A DNA stretch of 64,000 nt from NCBI RefSeq assembly GCF_000150275.1, contig NW_002060952.1, forward strand, positions 890,482 to 954,481. The letters are read 5' to 3'. The position numbers and the translations under genes are program-made. A model generated the notes under the pieces. That model was not told the origin of the DNA. It made no database searches and saw only the letters and a list, made by a program, of their open reading frames with translations. Shown here one piece after another: positions 53,647 through 64,000 of the stretch. This DNA comes from Trichoplax adhaerens (lineage: Eukaryota; Animalia; Placozoa). Position 1 is the stretch's first letter. The number at the start of each line of letters is the position of its first letter.

Positions 53647-56600
53647 ATGGCTGAGCAAGCTCAACCGATATCAAGTGTTGATGATACTTGCGCCAACAGC
53701 CAAGCAAAGGAGCAAAATCAAATGCATTCCGATCAAGAACAACATGACCATTATTCGTATACCAAAAGAGAAGAGTTCACATCGGAAATTTTTAAAATTG
53801 AGATCTATAATTTGCCATTCTATTTAGGTTTCGTGGTAAGTTCGATAGCTTTGATCGAGTATTCAGTGGTTACAGCATCATCAATGCTATGACAAGCAAG
53901 CATGCAACGTTTGCCAGAAATACTGTATAATGTACGCTCGTGCTGTAGCGATCTACCGGACTATCTCTAATTAAAGCTGCAGACTACTTTAACCAATAAC
54001 CTGACAAGAAATTGAGCCACTAGCGATCATACTACCATAAATTTACCAATCTGATGAACGCTCAATCAATGCAAGGACGCATGCATGTTGCAGCTACATC
54101 CCATTCAATATATTGCTGCTGTTATCATGTTAAATTTCTTATCCATTGCAATTTCCAAGCATGCGAATATGCAATATTGGCAATATTCCATCAAGCTTTA
54201 TGCATCAACAGATTCTCAATCCCCTTGGATTAATTACAGTATGTATATCGTTACTATTAATGTTAGCGTATCCATAAAAATCCGCTATGCAAAATCCCAA
54301 TACTGCAAGCCTTTTATGCCACCAATAGCTGACGTGTTGTTGCAATTTTACCAAAGATATCCATTGCTTTATTCTACTGTAATATGAATACACCTATTTT
54401 CCATCCTTAAAATGATTATTATGATTGTCAATACAGGAATTGAAAAAACTTCTCAAAAAGTTGGATCTACAACCTATTAAAGTAAAACTAATACCTCGAG
54501 CTACATTTGCATTCGTCACGTTCGGGTAAGTACTGGTGGTAAGCCTAGAAAACAGACGAGTATGTAATAGTTTGCTCTACGATAGTTTAATGCAAGTAGT
54601 TAACCCTTCTAGCTCTATTGTGGAATAAAGCTAATTTGAAAGATACGAATCGCATTTTATGAATTAACTTTATCTTTTCTACAATTCCTTCAATGACTGA
54701 TACCACAGCTCGGAAGCTGAGAGACAGGTAAGCCATGATGGACGTTTACACGGTGTAGTACTTGTATACAGTGATAGCCTTTATACTGTAGTGTCTTTGG
54801 AAACAATTTACCTGGGGATACTTTACTTTGTACCAATCACATATACTTTCCATATTTGAAACAGAAAGCATTGAAGGCTATTGATGGATACAACTGGAAA
54901 AAGAAAGTACTACAAGCAAAGGTATATCCGTATAATTGAATCTTATCAAAGTCCAACATACTATTAATACTAGCATAACTGTACAGTACAGGAGGCTTAG
55001 AATGGACCATAAGAAATAGCATAGTATTCTTACATGTTATGCGCTTTTAGTTAATCTGCAAAGGCGATATTACTAAATAGATATCATAGCTTTTCCATCA
55101 CAACTGAGATAGGTCCTATGGTGATTTAAAATTGAAATAAATTAATAAAGTTTAATTCTATACTAATTGCCAACATGTTTGCAAAACTTCTAGCTTGCGA
55201 AACCTGTAGTGGATCCAATCGCAAAGAAGCGCAACGCTGCTGGCAATGGTAAAGTATTGACAGCATGTGCATGAAAGCATTGTATAAATAGTCATATCGA
55301 TATCTCGTATTACGTTGTAGATATTCACTCGTCTATGTAATCTGTAGCAGTAAAGAATCTTAACGATAGTAACTATTATTTGATCAGTAGTAAAGCTCAA
55401 CTGATATAAGTACTATGCTTAGTAAATTGCTGCTATATATCAACCATTGTCTTTAAATTAGCGTCAACTACACAGGGTTATTTTCTTGTCTATTCAGCAT
55501 CATTGTGGTGTCGAATAGTGGCGCTTATTAAGGGTTATTAACTAACTGTAAACTACATATTTTTACAATTATGCATTTATTATAGATGGGACTACTGGTG
55601 ATGTGGATAGCGAACAGAATAAGAAAAGAGCCAAGACTTTAAAGTATGCAAAAGGACTCCATTGATACTGCTAACGATTTTGATATCAACCTTCTTTTAA
55701 CATTTTTAAAAGTCTACCTAGATTAAAATGAAATAATAATGATCGTTTTTTAATGATATTATTCAGTATACTAGATGTTGTAATACCCTTGTGGGATAAA
55801 TCGTATGACCAACAATTAAAGGTAAGCTACTGATGATCGAATTTCATTACATGATATTGTGGACGATATATTTCGTAATCATACAACGTTTACATGTCTT
55901 CTTTTCTTATCAAATAAGAAATTTTAATTTTGTCTAGATAAAAAAAAATAATTTAGATCGTATCCTCAGAAAATGTACTAGCAAGTTGGAGGCTATAAAA
56001 GTAGTAAGTGTTTCTTTAATCTTATTCGTTATTTATGGATTATGCAAATTAAGCCTACTTTCTGTTTATTATAATTATCGATAAAAACCCAATTTTTCGT
56101 ATTGTCGATTATTCGAAGGGCGACTGGTTAAAATTGCACAAGTAAGCCTTTCTCTTACGAATATGAATGAGGTTTAGATATTATATCCTGTGATAATATG
56201 TACTGATGCCTTTCGCTGTACTCTATTCTGTCAAGAAACGAATTTGATGGGATTTGCTGTCAGTTTGTCGATATACTACCCTCAGTGAGTTTGCTTCTAT
56301 TGAAATATCCATGCAGTTTTACCTTATAGCTGCTGCTGAATACAGATATTACAATATGCTTTCTGATAAGATATCTTCCAAAGGAAATTACTGTTGTTAC
56401 TTATTTGCTTGATTACAGCCTGAAATAAACAATTATCGTAACAAGTGCGAATTTGCGATCGGGCAAGACTCTAAAGATGAAGGTTTGAAAATTAGCGATT
56501 AGTATTTTTTATAAATGCAATAATAACCCAGTAGTAATTTCCGTTCGAGCAGGTATCGCTGTTGGCTTCCGATTGGGAAGTTATAGAGGTATTACAATGT

Positions 56601-58841
56601 CCATTTATATTTATTGGACATTACAATTTTTATATAAAAAATTTGCATACTAGAAATATGTCTCATCATATAATTAGCATGAAATGTATGAGTTAAAGAC
56701 CTACTAACAAATTTTGACGTTGTGACTCTAAAAGCCGTTAATTGCCAATGTAGGTAATTGTTTAAACTCTCATAATTGTTAAATAGAGGGCAATCTATCT
56801 GTAGTTCCCCCTACAGACTGTGCAAATGTGCCAGAGGAAGCAAAAGCAATCGCAAAGGTTGAAATTGTCTCTAAACAGCATAATTGATATATTAACTGCT
56901 TGTATAAATCATAGAAAGGTTAGCTAACGTATCCGTACACTTTTCGTAGGCAATGCAGAGCCTTATTCAGCAGTCATCTCTGCCAGTATATAGCTTCGTC
57001 GATCATACTGGTTATTGGAGGCAAATTTGCGTTCGACGTAATTTACTTGGCCAGTTGATGGCAATAGTACAACTTCATCCACAGGATCTATCCGAAGTAC
57101 ATTCTAATAAGGAAATTTTTTAGCTCGTTTTGAAGTTATTAAAGGACAGAATGTACTTTTGTAGGATCAGTTGCAAAGTTTGAAGGACGAAATCAATCGT
57201 TGTTTAGAAAAATGCGACTGCCAAGTTGTTTCGGTTTATCTTCAGAAACAGACAACGCGGTAAATGGTATTAAAAACTAAATTACAATTTATTGCTACTG
57301 GTATATTGCTATATGGTTTGATAATGTCAGTAAACTGGACTAGTCATAATCAAACTTAAAAAAATAAAAGTTAAATGCTTATACAGCCGTTTCTTTTCGT
57401 AGATCGTCTGCTGGTAATGCAGGTTCGGTGTATGAAATTATCTCTGGATCGAAGGTTAGTTACTTCAACTGGCAAGAGTTCTTGCATAAGTAACAAATCT
57501 GATAACAGATAGTATGGGGGCGGTATTAGTAGTAATTACCTGTCTAACTATGGATTTATCATTATTTTCAGTATTTATATGAAGATTTCTTGGGAATGAA
57601 ATTTAGGATTTCACCGTCGTCATTCTTTCAAGGTTACAGTAACTCTTGAAAACACCTGAATATCAGTTCACTACTTAGATAATCACTAAATTTCTAAACT
57701 TTTAAGCTATCAAAAAATTTCAATTTCATGACAACATTTTCACAAACCCACAGGTAATACCCTAGCTGCCGAAGTCTTATATAGAAATATCCGAGATTGG
57801 TGTCCGACAAAAGCAACTACGGTGGTTTTAGGTAAGTGAAATACTGTAGTGTGGTATAAAATCATAAAATTTTTCGTAATCTTTTAATCATAATCTCTTT
57901 GCAAATTTGTTGATTCAATTTTTAGATATTTGCTGCGGTACTGGAACGATTGGAATTTTGATGGCAAAAGTAAGCTTATTACACAATTTTTTGTTGTTAC
58001 GTAGAAGTAATATTAAGATTTATATGCTTTACCGCTATATAGAACGTTAATAGAGTTATTGGTATCGAAATGGTAGAAGACGCAATCGAAGACGCAAGAG
58101 TGAACGCTGAGTTGAACGGTGCGTATCGGCTTAAAATACTGTATAACTAATAAAATCTTACTGTAATCTAATGACTTATTCATTAATGCTTAAACTATTG
58201 ATTCTGTAGATATAAAAAACATTGAATTCATTTGTGGTAAAGCAGAGGATAAATTGCCTACCTTAGTGGATAATTTATCTGTCATTAGTGAAGTTATTGC
58301 AATTGTGGATCCGCCCCGAGCAGGCTTACGTAAGGCTAAATGTTTATCTGTAGTAACTAAACATTGATTTTAACTTAAAAATTTTATGTTATAAATACTT
58401 ACCGATGCTATGTAGTCTTAATATTTTGAAACTTTACTTAAAATACACGCAATATATATGTTAGCAAAATCGTAAATTATTATGCTCTATTACAACGTAG
58501 ATACGAGGGTAATCAAAGCACTTCGTCGATCTTTATTCATAAAAAAATTGATATATGTTTCTTGTAATCCGGCTATGGCAGTGACCAATTTCGTCGAGTA
58601 AGAATATTATAGTTTTGTTTGTTCTGTGATTAATTTATTGTAGATAACGAGCGTTTACAAGTCGTGCAGCTTCATTTATCAGAAATAATGATTAATAGAG
58701 TCAAAATGTTTATTTGATAGACTTTGTTCTCCTCGGACAAATCGCCTGCGTGGACAGCCGTTCAAAATTATGAAAGCTCTCGCTGTTGACTTATTTCCGT
58801 ATACTGAACAATGTGAATTAGTCTTACAATTTGAAAGATAA
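53647..58841 (+). CDS. TRMT2A: tRNA (uracil-5-)-methyltransferase homolog A, ~23 exons
   Basis: N-terminal YSYTKREEFTSEIFKIEIYNLP with RRM-like region, DVVIPLW, YRNKCEF, VGFRLG, GYWRQ, FRISPSSFFQ, SAM motif DICCGTGTIG, DPPRAG, catalytic YVSCN, VDLFPYTEQCE; stop TAA at 58839-58841. Confidence 0.95.
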
Positions 58842-59795
58842 TCATGGTTGTAGCTAGATAATCAAACAAACACTGCATCAGTTTGCGGATTAACCGTTGC
58901 TGTAACTGGCAATGGATCATCAAAAAATTTTTTATCTTGCGTTGTACATACTACATTGACGCAACAAGTAAAACTACAGAATTTTTTACATTTTTGAGCT
59001 TTAATCTGGAACAGTGCCGATTGCATCAAGTGTTATTATAACTTATCAGATTAAAAATTTATGTTATAAATGCCTTGAATAGCTTCCTGTATGCCGGAGA
59101 TTCAAATTTAATTCGTGTATCATGATGATGGTATGGTACGACTTATTTATGTTCTATATTTTTCAAATTGCCGGTAACACTAAGGTCGTGTTAGAATCTG
59201 TCTACATAGCAGGGTTCCGAACAATACCATTATTCATTATGCTAAGTTGTCTACCCCAATGTATTAATTGACTCACATTTGCTACATACGCGTAGGCATT
59301 ATCAAGGTGCCCGTATGTTTTTATATATTGCATCAACAAAATAGTTGCATTTAAATCGTAAATAACTGACATATAATGTAGTCAAAAGGTATAAATATCT
59401 TATCGGGGACAAGCCAGCATATAGTAATAATTGCAGCAATACACAAGAAAGCGTTCTTTCCGTTCGCATAAATATGAATATTTACTTAATGAACAACTAG
59501 TTAAAAAATCTAAACATAAATTATAATTCAGAAATGCGGGGGGTATGAATGAGATATGTACTATCCAAAATTATGTTATAGCACTTAGCTATAACACTTG
59601 ATACATACAAGTATTTTAATACTCATTGATTAACGTTGACATTAAACCTAGTAGCTAGGTGTAGTTATCCTTTGGTCAAGTATTAAATTAAAATAGTGCT
59701 TGCATTAGAAAACATGATAGCTTAGACCTTACTCGGTCATTTTATAAGATTCAACCTGCACATTCTCCCCTTATGCAGTTAACAGAGCAGCTATC

Positions 59796-62246
59796 TTAAC
59801 GTTCGTCTTCAATAAGAAAATTTGATGTAATGTTAATAAATTCGGTAGGGTTTTGAGCGTGAATCCAGTGACCAGTCCCTTCTACATGGTGAATGAGAGC
59901 ATTAGGAAATAGTTCTCCAATTTCTGCGTAGTTTTCTACCCTGTATTTAGAGTAATATAGTGGACGTAAATATAACGGATACGAAAACAATGCCTGGTAA
60001 TTAATTTGAAACTAGTCTATGTATCGTTGAAACTCGCTTACATTTAATCCTTTAATTACAGCATTAGTTAGTTAACGATAATTATATAATTGTTGTACCT
60101 GATATGATTGGAATTGCTTCCGCCTATGAATAACGTATTTCCAGAGTACTGCTCTCCTTTGCGCCGAGGGACGTCACGAATGTTCGATAAATTATTTGCA
60201 ATCGATTCGATATTGAACTTCCAATTAAACTTTCCATGCTTTTCGTAAATATTTTGCAACAGAAAATGACGGCTCCCTTTGCTCTATCCAGTGATATAGT
60301 ACATAAGCAATAATTTAATAATAAGATAAAATTGATAGATACATATAGAACTTAGACTATTTTTTATAGTTAATCTTATATTCCAATAGCTATCCTTTAT
60401 CTTCCTCTGGTATAGAAATCAGTACGTAATGATACTCAATTAGTCGTGATAGGTGCTCACATTATATTAATTTAAGGATATTCACCTTTATTGTATCTGC
60501 TAATGCATGATCTATTTCTTGTAAACTGTTAAATCGATTCGGATTGACATTTTTTAATGTATCAATATAAAGTTGTGTAGGGCTTTCTTCCAGTAAAATT
60601 GGATTCATAGAAGGGCTTTCATCGACAACTATTAAACTCTTAACCCATGCCAATCCACCGTTTAGTGCCATTGTCATGCCAGTCCGGCCTCCGACACTAT
60701 GACCTAAAATAACGACCGGTGGCCGCAACTGTAGCTTATGTACAATGCACTTAATATCATCTACCATGGAAAATTGTGACATATCGTCTACGTGGGGACT
60801 ATCTCCATGATTTCGAGCATCGAGAGTAATAACCTTTTTATCGTGAAATAAAAAAGTATAAATTACGATAAAAGGAATGATATTGAGCTAGCATAATCCA
60901 AGCAACAATATCGATCACAGAGACTAGACATTGAGAAAACTTACTTACTTCCAGATAGCATTATATTTGTAATATAAAATCGCAAGCTTTTAAAGTGAAT
61001 ATGGTATACTATTATAAACTATATGATTCTGTAAGCTCGGACATGTAACTTTTCCAGAATCAATTAATATACTCGTACATACGCGTATATACCTGTACAT
61101 GTATGTAAAGGGCATAAATAGAGAGTGATTAAAAATGTAAGTGCAGCAAATAATGCTACCTTCTGTATTTAATCTGTTATGAATGGTAAGATAGTGATGT
61201 TACTATTATGTTTACCTTGCGTTTAGTAGCTTTTGATAGTGCTCTAGCAACATGGTTCCAAGTTAATCTATTGCTAAATAAAGCGTGTAATATAATGATC
61301 GCAGGTGCTACAACGGCCTCTTTTCTGCGGAAATTTTCATAAACGGAATAAGCTAGATCTACGCTATAGAATTCGACAAGTTCAGATATTAGTAATTAGT
61401 ACGGCAAAAAGCTTATAGTATAGTAATTATTCGATTACGTAGTATATACTGTTATCTATACGAATCTATTTTTAATAACTACAGGTTGTGGCTTAGCAAT
61501 AATATATATAATGCAAGTATAGCGTTTTAATTGCATCTATGCTGTAAATAATTTTATCATGGCATTGGCAGTATATGTATATTGCCACTTTGTAGGTATG
61601 ACGACCTGGATAATATCATTAATCTTCTCAAGGAAAACACACCAACTGTATGCGAAGTATTTATTCATGCAACTCTAGCAATACTGTACAAGACTCGTAT
61701 AACATAGCGTGATCCAACTATGATGGTGCTGTTGTCTTTAAGGTTCTATAGTTTATTGATTAATTAACACGCATAGCTCAAGTATGCATACTTGCAAAGG
61801 AATATAGTGGAGTGTATACAGCCTCATCAATGATCAACGATGGATTAGATTGCAATTGGTTTTTGTGTATATTGCACGATCGGTATGTTAACATGCTTAG
61901 TATTGCAAGTATCGCGCACCTACAATAGGTGTACATAACTACATATTCGTTTAAACAGCGTTCATAGATCTAGTATGTACTGCATAGTAAGGCTCATTTC
62001 AACAGTTTATAAATCTAGGTAAAGTGCTGTAGCCTGTAGTTGGTACAGTATTGTATCGTATGAAGCGGATGAGCCATTATCAAGAATTTAACATCACGTA
62101 CAATATGATATAAAGATTAATTAAGCAAGGGAAAAAGCAATTACTGAACTGATGGCATGTCGTCGACCAACACTAGAGGCTACGGCTTACCTTCGAAATT
62201 TGCTGTAGTCATAGGTACACATAGCACGACGTAGATAACGTGCCAT
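59796..62246 (-). CDS. ABHD11: Alpha/beta hydrolase domain-containing protein 11-like (mitochondrial)
   Basis: Exons 62246-62191, 61363-61216, 60833-60486, 60283-60099, 59940-59796. Motifs DARNHGDSPH, nucleophile GHSVGG, LIVVD, WKFN, TLFIGGSNS, GHWIHAQNP; Arg-rich transit-like N-terminus. Confidence 0.9.
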
Positions 62247-63403
62247 AGTGAGAATGTTAACAAACTCAATGTATCAGTCTAGAGCTCACTATTCCAAACA
62301 TCCCTTGTCCTAATTGCTGCAAACAACGAGGCAACTAAGCAACGTTTACAGGCTAACTTCCAACTTCTACGTGAAAGAAGTTGCCGTAGTTTTAGAGGGC
62401 TTCCATCTAGTACTGCCTTGCGCACAACAGTAGTCACGGTACACTGGACAGTACTGCACTCTACTGTATCGTATTGTACAATGGTTCGCTTAGTCGATGT
62501 GTGCAGTACTGTATAGAACTGCACGAGCTACAGACCACAGACGTACCGACGTCATTTGTTTTGCAGATTTTTACCTTTTAATAACTGCCTCGATCGATTT
62601 TTACTGCTCGCTTGCCCAAATTAAATTGACTTCTAAAAACGGAGACTAGCATTGATAAAACTTTGGAAGCTGTTGTTACTGTACAGTATACTGTTTTAGA
62701 AGGCACTGCTATACTGCTACTTTACTAGCTCAAGTTGCTAGCTAATTTTTAAATTAAGTTAAAACTTTAGTTTCTTGCTATCGTTCGGATTGAGGTTTTT
62801 TCCTGTAGGATGTTAGAGCTCAGGTATACTGTATCATATGACTACAGTATATTGTAATCATGACATCACACAACAGCTGATGAATAAGTAAGGAGAAAAT
62901 GCTGTAACAACTCTGCTTGATCTCAATGTCCTTCTTGTAGAGAAACTTCGATTTGGATGGATTATGAATGATCATCATTATGCAAGCTCCTTGCAGCACG
63001 ATTTATTTACCTACTGTAAAAGGATCCTTTCAGGCTCTCTAGTATTCAATGTACAGTACATTGCAATTTGCAAGGATATATTCAAAATATCCAATGTCAA
63101 TAAAAAAGAATTAACCTCATCTCTATGCGTAACTATTATAATATAATTATACAGTACTGTATACTGTACGGAACTATTGAATATAGTACAGTATATTGTA
63201 GCACTGTTAATCGAAGAAAAACCGACAATAAAAAGTGACCAATTTTCGTTAGCAGCTTCATACAGGTGTATTAACATGTAAAGTACAGTACATGCTCGCT
63301 GCAGCTTACCCAACTGGAAGTAAGCAAGAAAGTGCATACGTACGATCAATCTCACGTTATTCACTGCCAAAGTGATTAAAAGACTTAATTTAGGATTGAG
63401 AAG

Positions 63404-64000
63404 ATGTATCCTTATCTAAGCATGGTACATGAATGGCTATGCGATCACTGCATCATTAGCTCAGTCGCTGGCTTAAGCGTCTTATTTTTGATTTATAAAA
63501 GATTAACACGAAAAAGCAAGAAGACTGTGGCAAAAGATGTGATTTTACTACATTCTTTTCCCCGAGCTCCCTATGCACCCAATGCATCTCCTTATGTTTT
63601 GAAGTTGGAAACTTATCTACGCATGGCTAAGATACCATATGAGGTAGATGACAGTATTGTTTTTGGCAAGAAAGGCAAAATACCTTGGGTTACGTTAAAC
63701 GACGAAGACGTTGCTGATTCATATTTTATTATCGAGCATGTGAATAAGTACTTCAAAGTCGATTTAGATACAAAACTGACCGCTGAGCAAAGAGCCACTG
63801 CAAGAGTACTTGAAAAGACAATGGAGGAAAACACGATTTGGTAAGGAGAATATTTTATTAATTCCTCTTTACTCTAATCTTGTGCTTACGTTGCCTTACA
63901 GGCGGATGGGATTGCTGCTGAGCTATCACAAAAATAATGTACTTCATTAGGATTAATTGCATTCACTATTCGTAATCGCTCAGCTACAATTCCTCATTTT
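63404..64000 (+). CDS. FAXC: Failed axon connections homolog (FAXC, metaxin-like GST-fold protein), 5' part
   Basis: N-terminal TM, then PNASPYVLKLETYLRMAKIPYE, KGKIPWVTLN, VADSYFIIEH, EQRATAR...MEEN. Exon 1 is 63404-63841 (GTAAG donor); exon 2 starts ~63902 and runs off the window. Confidence 0.85.

Noticed and set aside
26825-62246. Functional cluster of BCKDHA with ABHD11 (2-oxoacid dehydrogenase link)
   Set aside because: About 30 kb apart with unrelated genes between; the known ABHD11 link is to OGDH; no sequence evidence of co-regulation

Overview
AT-rich eukaryotic genomic DNA with short GT-AG introns. Composition and gene compactness suggest an early-branching animal such as a placozoan (Trichoplax-like); this is inference only. 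Gene order: partial rhodopsin-class GPCR (-), ~10 kb ORF-free region containing a 264-N gap, CCDC89-like (+, with an RFX X-box upstream), ARMC5-like (+), ESS2/DGCR14 (-), BCKDHA (-), three six-exon flavin-containing monooxygenase paralogues (+,-,-), TRMT2A (+, ~23 exons), ABHD11 (-) and a partial FAXC-like gene (+). Non-coding structure includes a ~61-bp minisatellite, an 81-bp tandem array beside a GC-rich palindrome, smaller duplications, and dense TACAGTAC/GTACTGTA clusters upstream of the housekeeping-type genes. No rRNA, tRNA, CRISPR or intact transposase was recognised, and I found no clearly new multi-gene system. The best leads are the promoter-associated motif clusters, a GPCR lacking Cys3.25 and Pro5.50, a divergent FMO paralogue, a missing conserved segment of BCKDHA exon 2, and ESS2-TRMT2A linkage. 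Exon coordinates were read by eye and may be off by a few bases.
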